Shown here piece by piece: positions 13,165 to 26,950 of a stretch of DNA of 64,000 nucleotides (within the stretch, counting starts at the first letter, position 1; each line of letters opens with the position of its first letter). Made by a program: the position numbers and the translations under genes. This DNA is from Eledone cirrhosa (taxonomy: Eukaryota). The notes under the pieces were generated by a model, which made no database searches, was not told the origin of the DNA, and worked only from the letters and a program-made list of their open reading frames with translations. The DNA lies in contig OZ024741.1 in assembly GCA_964016885.1 (NCBI GenBank), positions 415,648,001 to 415,712,000 on the forward strand. The letters are read 5' to 3'.

Positions 13165-14760
13165 CTGTTATATTAACTGGGGCCTCTGTTATATTAACTG
13201 GGGTCTCTATTATATTAACTGGGGTCTCTGTTATATTAACTGGGGTCTCTGTTACATTAAATGGGGTCTCTGTTATATTAACTGGGGCCTCTGTTATATT
13301 AACTGGGCTCTCTGTTTTATTAACTGGGGTCTCTGTTATATTAACTGAGGTCTCTGTTATATTAACTGGGGTCTCTGTTATATTAACTGAGGTCTCTGTT
13401 ATATTAACTGGGGTCTCTATTATATTAACTGGGATCTCTTTTATATTCACTGGGGTCTCTGTTATATTAACTGGGGTATGTTATATTAACTGGGGTCTCT
13501 GTTATATTAACTGGGTTCTCTGTTATATTAACTGGGGTATGTTATATTAACTGGGGTCTCTGTTATATTAACTGGGGCCTCTGTTATATTAACTGGGGCC
13601 TCTGTTATATTAAATGTGGTCTCTGTTATATTAGCTGGGGACTCTGTTATATTAACTGTGGTCTCTGTTACATTAAATGGGGTCTCTGTATATTAACTGG
13701 GGCCTCTGTAATATTAACTGGGGTATGTTATATTAACTGGGGCCTCTGTTATATTAACTGGGGCCTCTGTTATATTAACTGGGGCCTCTGTTATATTAAA
13801 TGGGGTCTCTGTTATATTAACTGGCGCCTCTGTTATATTAACTGGGGCCTCTGTTATATTAACTGGGGCCTCTGTTATATTAACTGGGGTCTCTGTTACA
13901 TTAAATGGGGTCTCTGTTATATTAAATGGTGCCTCTGTTATATTAACTGGGGTCTCTGTTATATTAACTGGGGCCTCTGTTATATTAACTGGGGTCTCTG
14001 TTATATTAACTGGGGTCTCTGTTATATTAACTGGGGCCTCTGTTATATCAACTGGGGTCTCCGTTATATTAACTGGGGTCTCTGTTATATTAACTGGGGT
14101 CTCTGTTATCTTAAATGGGGTTTCTGTTTTATTAACTGGGGTCTGTTATATTAACTGGTGCCTCTGTTATATTAACTGGGATCTCTGTTATATTAACTGG
14201 GGCCTCTGTTATATTAACTGGGGTCTCTATTATATTAACTGGGGTCTTTGTTATATTAACTGGGGTCTCTGTTACATTAAATGGGTTCTCTGTTATATTA
14301 ACTGGGGCCTCTGTTATATTAACTGGGCTCTCTGTTTTATTAACTGGGGTCTCTGTTATATTAACTGAGGTCTCTGTTATATTAACTGGGGTCTCTGTTA
14401 TATTAACTGAGGTCTCTGTTATATTAACTGGGGTCTCTATTATATTAACTGGGATCTCTTTTATATTCACTGGGGTCTCTGTTATATTAACTGGGGTATG
14501 TTATATTAACTGGGGTCTCTGTTATATTAACTGGGTTCTCTGTTATATTAACTGGGGTATGTTATATTAACTGGGGTCTCTGTTATATTAACTGGGGCCT
14601 CTGTTATATTAACTGGGGCCTCTGTGATATTAAATGTGGTCTCTGTTATATTAGCTGGGGCGTCTGTTATATTAACTGTGGTCTCTGTTACATTAAATGG
14701 GGTCTCTGTATATTAACTGGGGCCTCTGTAATATTAACTGGGGTTTGTTATATTAACTGG
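13165..14760 (+). repeat. ~570-bp variant cassette repeated at 1,020-bp spacing
   Basis: Sequence lines 13321/14341, 13381/14401, 13441/14461 and 13501/14521 are identical. The marker 'gggatctcttttatattcac' occurs at ~13431 and ~14451. Confidence 0.85.
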
Positions 14761-17700
14761 GGTCTCTGTTATATTAACTGGGGTCTCTGTTATATTAACT
14801 GGGGTCTCTATTATATTAACTAGGGTCTCTGTTATATTAACTGGGGCCTCTGTAATATTAACTGGGGTATGTTATATTAACTGGGGTCTCTGTTATATTA
14901 ACTGGCGTCTCTGTTATATTAACTGGGGTCTCTGTTATATTAACTGGGGTCTCGGTTATATTAACTGGGGCCTCTATTATATTAACTTAAGTCTCTGTTA
15001 TATTAACTGGGGTCTCTGTTATATTAACTGGGGTCTCTGTTATATTAACTGGGGTCTCTGTTATATTAACTGGGGTATGTTATATTAACTGGGGTCTCTG
15101 TTATATTGACTGGGGTACGTTATATTAACTGGGGTCTCTGTAATATTAACTGGGGTCTCTATTATATTAACTGGGGTCTCTGTTATATTAACTGGGATCT
15201 CTGTTATATTAACTGGGGTATGTTATATTAACTGGGGTCTCTGTTATATTAACTGGGATCTCTGTTATATTAACGGGGGCCTCTGTTATATTAACTGGGG
15301 CCTCTGTTATATTAAATGGGGTCTCCGTTATATTAACTGGGGTCTCTGTTATATTAACTGGGGTCTCTGTTATATTAACTGGGGCCTCTGTTATATTAAC
15401 TGGGGCCTCTGTTATATTAACTGGGGCCTCTGTTATATTAAATGGGGTCTCTGTTATATTAACTGGCGCCTCTGTTATATTAACTGGGGCCTCTGTTATA
15501 TTAACTGGGGTATGTTATATTAACTGGGGCCTCTGTAATATTAACTGGGGTCTCTATTATATTAACTGGGGTCTCTGTTATATTAACTGGGGCCTCTGTT
15601 ATATTAACTGGGGCCTCCGTTATATATACTGGGGTCTCTGTTATATTAACTGGGGTCTCTGTTATATTAACTGGGGTCTCTGATATATTAACTGGGGCCT
15701 CTGTTATATTAACTGGGGTCTCTGTTATATTAACTGGGGTCTCTGTTACATGAAATGGTGTCTCTGTTTTATTAACTGGGGCCTCTGTTATATTAACTGG
15801 GGCCTCTGTTATATTAACTGGGGCCTCTGTTATATTAACTGGGGCCTCTGTTATATTAACTGGGGTCTCTGTTATATTAACTGGGGTCTCTGTTATATTA
15901 ACTGGGGCCTCTGTTATATTAGCTGGGGCCTCTGTTATATTAACTGGGGTCTCTGTTACATTAAATGGGGTCTCTGTTATATTAACTGGGGCCTCTGTTA
16001 TATTAACTGGGGCCTCTGTTATATTAACTGGGGCCTCTGTTATATTAACTGGGGTCTCTGTTATATTAACTGGGGTATGTTATATTAACTGGGGCCTCTG
16101 TTATATTAACTGGGGCCTCTATTATAGTAACTGGGGTCTCTGTTATATTAACTGGGGTCTGTTATATTAACTGGGGTCTCCTTCATATTAACTGGGGTCT
16201 CTGTTATATTAACAGGGGTCTCTGTTATATTAACTGGGGTCTCTGTTATATTAACTGGGGCCTCTGTTATATTAACTGGGGTCTCTATTATATTAACTGG
16301 GGTCTCTGTTATATTAACTGGGGTCTCTGTTACATTAAATGGGGTCTCTGTTATATTAACTGGGGCCTCTGTTACATTAACTGGGCTCTCTGTTTTATTA
16401 ACTGGGGTCTCTGTTATATTAACTGAGGTCTCTGTTATATTAACTGGGGTCTCTGTTATATTAACTGAGGTCTCTGTTATATTAACTGGGGTCTCTGTTA
16501 TATTAACTGAGGTCTCTGTTATATTAACTGGGATCTCTTTTATATTCACTGGGGTCTCTGTTATATTAACTGGGGTATGTTATATTAACTGGGGTCTCTG
16601 TTATATTAACTGGGTTCTCTGTTATATTAACTGGGGTATGTTATATTAACTGGAGTCTCTGTTATATTAACTGGGGCCTCTGTTATATTAACTGGGGCCT
16701 CTGTTATATTAAATGTGGTCTCTGTTATATTAGCTGGGGACTCTGTTATATTAACTGTGGTCTCTGTTACATTAAATGGGGTCTCTGTATATTAACTGGG
16801 GCCTCTGTAATATTAACTGGGGTATGTTATATTAACTGGGGTCTCTGTTATATTAACTGAGGTCTCTGTTATATTAACTGGGGTCTCTGTTATATTAACT
16901 GGGGTCTCTGTTATATTAACTGGGGTCTCGGTTATATTAACTGGGGCCTCTATTATATTAACTTAAGTCTCTGTTATATTAACTGGGGTCTCTGTTATAT
17001 TAACTGGGGTCTCTGTTATATTAACTGGGGTCTCTGTTATATTAACTGGGGTATGTTATATTAACTGGGGTCTCTGTTATATTGACTGGGGTACGTTATA
17101 TTAACTGGGGTATGTTATATTAACTGGGGTCTCTGTTATATTAACTGGGGCCTCTGTTATATTAACTGGGGCCTCTGTTATATTAAATGTGGTCTCTGTT
17201 ATATTAACTGGGATCTCTGTTATATTAACTGGGGTATGTAATATTAACTGGGCTCTCTGTTATATTAACTCGGGCCTCTGTTATATTAACTGGGGCCTCT
17301 GTTATGTTAACTGGGGCCTCTGTTATATTAAATGGGGTCTCCGTTATATTAACTGGGGTCTCTGTTATATTAACTGGGGTCTCTGTTATATTAACTGGGG
17401 CCTCTGTTATATTAACTGGGGCCTCTGTTATATTAACTGGGGCCTCTGTTATATTAAATGGGGTCTCCGTTATATTAACTGGCGCCTCTGTTATATTAAC
17501 TGGGGCCTCTGTTATATTAACTGGGGTATGTTATATTAACTGGGGTCTCTGTAATATTAACTGGGGTCTCTATTATATTAACTGGGGTCTCTGTTATATT
17601 AACTGGGGTCTCTGTTATATTAACTAGGGTCTCTGTAATATTAACTGGGGTCTCTATTATATTAACTGGGGTCTCTGTTATATTAACTGGGGCCTCTGTT

Positions 17701-18299
17701 ATATTAACTGGGGTCTCTGTTATATTAACTGGGGTCTCTGTTATATTAACTGGAATCTCTGTTATATTAACTGGGGTCTCTGTTATATTAACTGGGGCCT
17801 CTGTTATATTAACTGGGGCCTCTGTTATATTAACTGGGGCCTCCGTTATATATACTGGGGTCTCTGTTATATTAACTGGGGTCTCTGTTATATTTACTGG
17901 TGCCTCTGTTATATTAACTGGGGTCTCTGTTACATTAACTGGGGCCTCTGTTATATTAACTGGGGTCTCTGTTATATTAACTGGGGTCTCTGTTATATTA
18001 ACTGGGGTCTCTGTTACATGAAATGGGGTCTCTGTTATATTAACTGGGGCCTCTGTTATATTAACTGGGGCCTCTGTTATATTAACTGGGGCCTCTGTTA
18101 TATTAACTGGGGTCTCTGTTATATTAACTGGGGTCTCTGTTATATTAACTGGGGCCTCTGTTATATTAGCTGGGGCCTCTGTTATATTAACTGGGGTCTC
18201 TGTTACATTAAATGGGGTCTCTGTTATATTAACTGGGGCCTCTGTTATATTAACTGGGGCCTCTGTTATATTAACTGGGGCGTCTGTTATATTAACTGG

Positions 18300-21200
18300 G
18301 GTCTCTGTTATATTAACTGGGGTATGTTATATTAACTGGGGCCTCTGTTATATTAACTGGGGCCTCTATTATAGTAACTGGGGTCTCTGTTATATTAACT
18401 GGGGTCTCTGTTATATTAACTGGGGTCTCCTTCATATAAACTGGTGTCTCTGTTATATTAACAGGGGTTTCTGTTATATTAACTGGGGTCTCTGTTATAT
18501 TAACTGGGGTCTCTATTATATTAAATGGCGTCTATGTTATTTTAACTGGGGCCTCTGTTATATTAACTGGGGTCTCTGTTATATTAACTGGGGTATGTTA
18601 TATTAACTGTGGCCTCTGTTATATTAACTGGGGCCTCTATTATATTAACTGGGGTCTCTGTTATATTAACTGGGGTCTCTGTTATATTAACTGGGGCCTC
18701 TGTTATATTAACTGGGGTCTCTGTTATATTAACTGGGGTCTCTGTTATATTAACTGGGGTCTCTGTTATATTAACTGGGGTCTCTGTTATATTAACTGTG
18801 GCCTCTGTTATATTAACTGGGGCCTCTATTATATTAACTGGGGTCTCTGTTATATTAACTGGGGTCTCTGTTACATTAAATGGGGTCTCTGTTATATTAA
18901 CTGGGGCCTCTGTTATATTAACTGGGGGCTCTGTTATATTAACTGGGGCCTCTGTTATATTAACTGGGCTCTCTGTTTTATTAACTGGGGTCTCTGTTAT
19001 ATTAACTGAGGTCGCTGTTATATTAACTGGGGTCTCTGTTATATTAACTGAGGTCTCTGTTATATTAACTGGGGTCTCTATTATATTAACTGGGATCTCT
19101 TTTATATTCACTGGGGTCTCTGTTATGTTAACTGGGGTATGTTATATTAACTGCGGTCTCTGTTATATTAACTGGGTTCTCTGTTATATTAACTGGGGTA
19201 TGTTATATTAACTGGGGTCTCTGTTATATTAACTGGGGTCTCTGTTATATTAACTGGGGCCTCTGTTATATTAACTGGGGCCTCTGTTATATTAACTCGG
19301 GTCTCTGTTATGTTAAATGTGGTCTCTGTTATATTAGCTGGGGCCTCTGTTATATTAACTGGGGTCTCTGTTACATTAAATGGGCTCTCTGTATATTAAC
19401 TGGGGCCTCTGTAATATTAACTGGGGTCTGTTATATTAACTGGGGTCTCTGTTATATTAACTGGGGTCTCTGTTATATTAACTGGGGTCTCTATTATATT
19501 AACTAGGGTCTCTGTTATATTAACTGGGGCCTCTGTAATATTAACTGGGGTATGTTATATTAACTGGGGTCTCTGTTATATTAACTGAGGTCTCTGTTAT
19601 ATTAACTGGGGTCTCCGTTATATTAACTGGGGTCTCTGTTATATTAACTGGGGTCTCGGTTATATTAACTGGGGCCTCTATTATATTAACTTAGGTCTCT
19701 GTTATATTAACTGGGGTATGTTATATTAACTGGGGTCTCTGTTATATTGACTGGGGTACGTTATATTAACTGGGGTCTCTGTAATATTAACTGGGGTCTC
19801 TATTATATTAACTGGGGTCTCTGTTATATTAACTGGGATCTCTGTTATATTAGCTGGGGCCTCTGTTATATTAACTGGGGTCTCTGTTACATTAAAAGGG
19901 GTCTCTGTTATATTAACTGGGGCCTCTGTTATATTAACTGGGGCCTCTGTTATATTAACTGGGGCCTCTGTTATATTAACTGGGGTCTCTGTTATATTAA
20001 CTGGGGTATGTTATATTAACTGGGGCCTCTATTATAGTAACTGGGGTCTCTGTTATTTTAACTGGGGTCTCTGTTATATTAACTGGGGTCTCCTTCATAT
20101 TAACTGGGGTCTCTGTTATATTAACAGGGGTCTCTGTTATATTAACTGGGGTCTCTGATATATTAACTGGGGTCTCTATTATATTAAATGGCGTCTATGT
20201 TATTTTAACTGGGGCCTCTGTTATATTAACTGGGGTCTCTGTTATATTAACTGGGGTATGTTATATTAACTGTGGCCTCTGTTATATTAACTGGGGCCTC
20301 TATTATATTAACTGGAATCTCTGTTATATTAACTGGGGTCTCTGTTATATTAACTGGGGCCTCTGTTATATTAACTGGGGCCTCTGTTATATTAACTGGT
20401 GCCTCTGTTATATTAACTGGGGTCTCTGTTATATTATCTGGGGTCTCTGTTATATTAACTGGGGTCTCTATTATATTAAATGGCGTCTATGTTATTTTAA
20501 CTGGGGCCTCTGTTATATTAACTGGGGTCTCTGTTATATTAACTGGGGTAAGTTATATTAACTGTGGCCTCTGTTATATTAACTGGGGCCTCTATTATAT
20601 TAACTGTGGTCTCTGTTATATTAACTGGGGTCTCTGTTATATTAACTGGGGCCTCTGTTATATTAACTGGGGTCTCTCTAATATTAACTGGGGTCTCTGT
20701 TATATTAACTGGGGCCTCTGTTATATTAACTGGGGTCTCTGTTATATTAACTGGGGTATGTTATATTAACTGGTGCCTCTGTTATATTAACTGGGGTCTC
20801 TGTTATATTAACTGGGGTCTCTGTTATATTAACTGGGGTCTCTATTATATTAAATGGCGTCTATGTTATTTTAACTGGGGCCTCTGTTATATTAACTGGG
20901 GTCTCTGTTATATTAACTGGGGTATGTTATATTAACTGTGGCCTCTGTTATATTAACTGGGGCCTCTATTATATTAACTGTGGTCTCTGTTATATTAACT
21001 GGGGTCTCTGTTATATTAACTGGGGCCTCTGTTATATTAACTGGGGTCACTGTTATATTAACTGGGGTCTCTGTTATATTAACTGGGGTCTCTGTTATAT
21101 TAACTGGGGTCTCTGTTATATTAACTGGGGTATGTTATATTAACTGGGGTCTCTGTTATATGAACTGTGGCCTCTGTTATATTAACTGGGGCCTCTATTA

Positions 21201-24200
21201 TATTAACTGGGGTCTCTGTTATATTAACTGTGGTCTCTGTTATATTAACTGGGGTCTCTGTTATATTAACTGGGGCCTCTGTTATATTAACTGGGGCCTC
21301 TGTTATATTAACTGGGGCGTCTGTTATATTAACTGGGGTCTCTGTTATATTAACTGGGGTATGTTATATTAACTGGGGCCTCTGTTATATTAACTGGGGC
21401 CTCTATTATAGTAACTGGGGTCTCTGTTATATTAACTGGGGTCTCTGTTATATTAACTGGGGTCTCCTTCATATAAACTGGTGTCTCTGTTATATTAACA
21501 GGGGTTTCTGTTATATTAACTGGGGTCTCTGTTATATTAACTGGGGTCTCTATTATATTAAATGGCGTCTATGTTATTTTAACTGGGGCCTCTGTTATAT
21601 TAACTGGGGTCTCTGTTATATTAACTGGGGTATGTTATATTAACTGTGGCCTCTGTTATATTAACTGGGGCCTCTATTATATTAACTGGGGTCTCTGTTA
21701 TATTAACTGGGGTCTCTGTTACATTAAATGGGGTCTCTGTTATATTAACTGGGGCCTCTGTTATATTAACTGGGGGCTCTGTTATATTAACTGGGGCCTC
21801 TGTTATATTAACTGGGCTCTCTGTTTTATTAACTGGGGTCTCTGTTATATTAACTGAGGTCTCTGTTATATTAACTGGGGTCTCTGTTATATTAACTGAG
21901 GTCTCTGTTATATTAACTGGGGTCTCTATTATATTAACTGGGATCTCTTTTATATTCACTGGGGTCTCTGTTATGTTAACTGGGGTATGTTATATTAACT
22001 GCGGTCTCTGTTATATTAACTGGGTTCTCTGTTATATTAACTGGGGTATGTTATATTAACTGGGGTCTCTGTTATATTAACTGGGGTCTCTGTTATATTA
22101 ACTGGGGCCTCTGTTATATTAACTGGGGCCTCTGTTATATTAACTCGGGTCTCTGTTATGTTAAATGTGGTCTCTGTTATATTAGCTGGGGCCTCTGTTA
22201 TATTAACTGGGGTCTCTGTTACATTAAATGGGCTCTCTGTATATTAACTGGGGCCTCTGTAATATTAACTGGGGTCTGTTATATTAACTGGGGTCTCTGT
22301 TATATTAACTGGGGTCTCTGTTATATTAACTGGGGTCTCTATTATATTAACTAGGGTCTCTGTTATATTAACTGGGGCCTCTGTAATATTAACTGGGGTA
22401 TGTTATATTAACTGGGGTCTCTGTTATATTAACTGAGGTCTCTGTTATATTAACTGGGGTCTCCGTTATATTAACTGGGGTCTCTGTTATATTAACTGGG
22501 GTCTCGGTTATATTAACTGGGGCCTCTATTATATTAACTTAGGTCTCTGTTATATTAACTGGGGTCTCTGTTATATTAACTTGGGTCTCTGTTATATTAA
22601 CTGGGGTCTCTGTTATATTAACTGGGGTATGTTATATTAACTGGGGTCTCTGTTATATTGACTGGGGTACGTTATATTAACTGGGGTCTCTGTAATATTA
22701 ACTGGGGTCTCTATTATATTAACTGGGGTCTCTGTTATATTAACTGGGATCTCTGTTATATTAGCTGGGGCCTCTGTTATATTAACTGGGGTCTCTGTTA
22801 CATTAAAAGGGGTCTCTGTTATATTAACTGGGGCCTCTGTTATATTAACTGGGGCCTCTGTTATATTAACTGGGGCCTCTGTTATATTAACTGGGGTCTC
22901 TGTTATATTAACTGGGGTATGTTATATTAACTGGGGCCTCTATTATAGTAACTGGGGTCTCTGTTATTTTAACTGGGGTCTCTGTTATATTAACTGGGGT
23001 CTCCTTCATATTAACTGGGGTCTCTGTTATATTAACAGGGGTCTCTGTTATATTAACTGGGGTCTCTGATATATTAACTGGGGTCTCTATTATATTAAAT
23101 GGCGTCTATGTTATTTTAACTGGGGCCTCTGTTATATTAACTGGGGTCTCTGTTATATTAACTGGGGTATGTTATATTAACTGTGGCCTCTGTTATATTA
23201 ACTGGGGCCTCTATTATATTAACTGGAATCTCTGTTATATTAACTGGGGTCTCTGTTATATTAACTGGGGCCTCTGTTATAGTAACTGGGGCCTCTGTTA
23301 TATTAACTGGTGCCTCTGTTATATTAACTGGGGTCTCTGTTATATTATCTGGGGTCTCTGTTATATTAACTGGGGTCTCTATTATATTAAATGGCGTCTA
23401 TGTTATTTTAACTGGGGCCTCTGTTATATTAACTGGGGTCTCTGTTATATTAACTGGGGTAAGTTATATTAACTGTGGCCTCTGTTATATTAACTGGGGC
23501 CTCTATTATATTAACTGTGGTCTCTGTTATATTAACTGGGGTCTCTGTTATATTAACTGGGGCCTCTGTTATATTAACTGGGGTCTCTCTAATATTAACT
23601 GGGGTCTCTGTTATATTAACTGGGGCCTCTGTTATATTAACTGGGGTCTCTGTTATATTAACTGGGGTATGTTATATTAACTGGTGCCTCTGTTATATTA
23701 ACTGGGGTCTCTGTTATATTAACTGGGGTCTCTGTTATATTAACTGGGGTATGTTATATTAACTGTGGCCTCTGTTATATTAACTGGGGCCTCTATTATA
23801 TTAACTGTGGTCTCTGTTATATTAACTGGGGTCTCTGTTATATTAACTGGGGCCTCTGTTATATTAACTGGGGTCACTGTTATATTAACTGGGGTCTCTG
23901 TTATATTAACTGGGGTCTCTGTTATATTAACTGGGGTCTCTGTTATATTAACTGGGGTATGTTATATTAACTGGGGTCTCTGTTATATGAACTGTGGCCT
24001 CTGTTATATTAACTGGGGCCTCTATTATATTAACTGGGGTCTCTGTTATATTAACTGTGGTCTCTGTTATATTAACTGGGGTCTCTGTTATATTAACTGG
24101 GGCCTCTGTTATATTAACTGGGGCCTCTGTTATATTAACTGGGGCGTCTGTTATATTAACTGGGGTCTCTGTTATATTAACTGGGGTATGTTATATTAAC

Positions 24201-26950
24201 TGGGGCCTCTGTTATATTAACTGGGGCCTCTATTATAGTAACTGGGGTCTCTGTTATATTAACTGGGGTCTCTGTTATATTAACTGGGGTCTCCTTCATA
24301 TAAACTGGTGTCTCTGTTATATTAACAGGGGTTTCTGTTATATTAACTGGGGTCTCTGTTATATTAACTGGGGTCTCTATTATATTAAATGGCGTCTATG
24401 TTATTTTAACTGGGGCCTCTGTTATATTAACTGGGGTCTCTGTTATATTAACTGGGGTATGTTATATTAACTGTGGCCTCTGTTATATTAACTGGGGCCT
24501 CTATTATATTAACTGGGGTCTCTGTTATATTAACTGGGGTCTCTGTTATATTAACTGGGGCCTCTGTTATATTAACTGGGGTCTCTGTTATATTAACTGG
24601 GGTCTCTGTTATATTAACTGGGGTCTCTGTTATATTAACTGTGGCCTCTGTTATATTAACTGGGGCCTCTATTATATTAACTGGGGTCTCTGTTATATTA
24701 ACTGGGGTCTCTGTTACATTAAATGGGGTCTCTGTTATATTAACTGGGGCCTCTGTTATATTAACTGGGGGCTCTGTTATATTAACTGGGGCCTCTGTTA
24801 TATTAACTGGGCTCTCTGTTTTATTAACTGGGGTCTCTGTTATATTAACTGAGGTCTCTGTTATATTAACTGGGGTCTCTGTTATATTAACTGAGGTCTC
24901 TGTTATATTAACTGGGGTCTCTATTATATTAACTGGGATCTCTTTTATATTCACTGGGGTCTCTGTTATGTTAACTGGGGTATGTTATATTAACTGCGGT
25001 CTCTGTTATATTAACTGGGTTCTCTGTTATATTAACTGGGGTATGTTATATTAACTGGGGTCTCTGTTATATTAACTGGGGTCTCTGTTATATTAACTGG
25101 GGCCTCTGTTATATTAACTGGGGCCTCTGTTATATTAACTCGGGTCTCTGTTATGTTAAATGTGGTCTCTGTTATATTAGCTGGGGCCTCTGTTATATTA
25201 ACTGGGGTCTCTGTTACATTAAATGGGCTCTCTGTATATTAACTGGGGCCTCTGTAATATTAACTGGGGTCTGTTATATTAACTGGGGTCTCTGTTATAT
25301 TAACTGGGGTCTCTGTTATATTAACTGGGGTCTCTATTATATTAACTAGGGTCTCTGTTATATTAACTGGGGCCTCTGTAATATTAACTGGGGTATGTTA
25401 TATTAACTGGGGTCTCTGTTATATTAACTGAGGTCTCTGTTATATTAACTGGGGTCTCCGTTATATTAACTGGGGTCTCTGTTATATTAACTGGGGTCTC
25501 GGTTATATTAACTGGGGCCTCTATTATATTAACTTAGGTCTCTGTTATATTAACTGGGGTCTCTGTTATATTAACTTGGGTCTCTGTTATATTAACTGGG
25601 GTCTCTGTTATATTAACTGGGGTATGTTATATTAACTGGGGTCTCTGTTATATTGACTGGGGTACGTTATATTAACTGGGGTCTCTGTAATATTAACTGG
25701 GGTCTCTATTATATTAACTGGGGTCTCTGTTATATTAACTGGGATCTCTGTTATATTAGCTGGGGCCTCTGTTATATTAACTGGGGTCTCTGTTACATTA
25801 AAAGGGGTCTCTGTTATATTAACTGGGGCCTCTGTTATATTAACTGGGGCCTCTGTTATATTAACTGGGGCCTCTGTTATATTAACTGGGGTCTCTGTTA
25901 TATTAACAGGGGTCTCTGTTATATTAACTGGGGTCTCTGATATATTAACTGGGGTCTCTATTATATTAAATGGCGTCTATGTTATTTTAACTGGGGCCTC
26001 TGTTATATTAACTGGGGTCTCTGTTATATTAACTGGGGTATGTTATATTAACTGTGGCCTCTGTTATATTAACTGGGGCCTCTATTATATTAACTGGAAT
26101 CTCTGTTATATTAACTGGGGTCTCTGTTATATTAACTGGGGCCTCTGTTATATTAACTGGGGCCTCTGTTATATTAACTGGTGCCTCTGTTATATTAACT
26201 GGGGTCTCTGTTATATTATCTGGGGTCTCTGTTATATTAACTGGGGTCTCTATTATATTAAATGGCGTCTATGTTATTTTAACTGGGGCCTCTGTTATAT
26301 TAACTGGGGTCTCTGTTATATTAACTGGGGTAAGTTATATTAACTGTGGCCTCTGTTATATTAACTGGGGCCTCTATTATATTAACTGTGGTCTCTGTTA
26401 TATTAACTGGGGTCTCTGTTATATTAACTGGGGCCTCTGTTATATTAACTGGGGTCTCTCTAATATTAACTGGGGTCTCTGTTATATTAACTGGGGCCTC
26501 TGTTATATTAACTGGGGTCTCTGTTATATTAACTGGGGTATGTTATATTAACTGGTGCCTCTGTTATATTAACTGGGGTCTCTGTTATATTAACTGGGGT
26601 CTCTGTTATATTAACTGGGGTCTCTATTATATTAAATGGCGTCTATGTTATTTTAACTGGGGCCTCTGTTATATTAACTGGGGTCTCTGTTATATTAACT
26701 GGGGTATGTTATATTAACTGTGGCCTCTGTTATATTAACTGGGGCCTCTATTATATTAACTGTGGTCTCTGTTATATTAACTGGGGTCTCTGTTATATTA
26801 ACTGGGGCCTCTGTTATATTAACTGGGGTCACTGTTATATTAACTGGGGTCTCTGTTATATTAACTGGGGTCTCTGTTATATTAACTGGGGTCTCTGTTA
26901 TATTAACTGGGGTATGTTATATTAACTGGGGTCTCTGTTATATGAACTGT
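18300..26950 (+). repeat. HOR domain B: ~2.85-3.0-kb unit, about 3 copies with monomer-multiple indels
   Basis: ORF duplicates are 19747/22658/25653 (2911, 2995), 20272/23183/26054 and 19111/21959/24954. The private marker 'acattaaaagggg' is at ~19890, 22800 and 25796. Confidence 0.88.
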
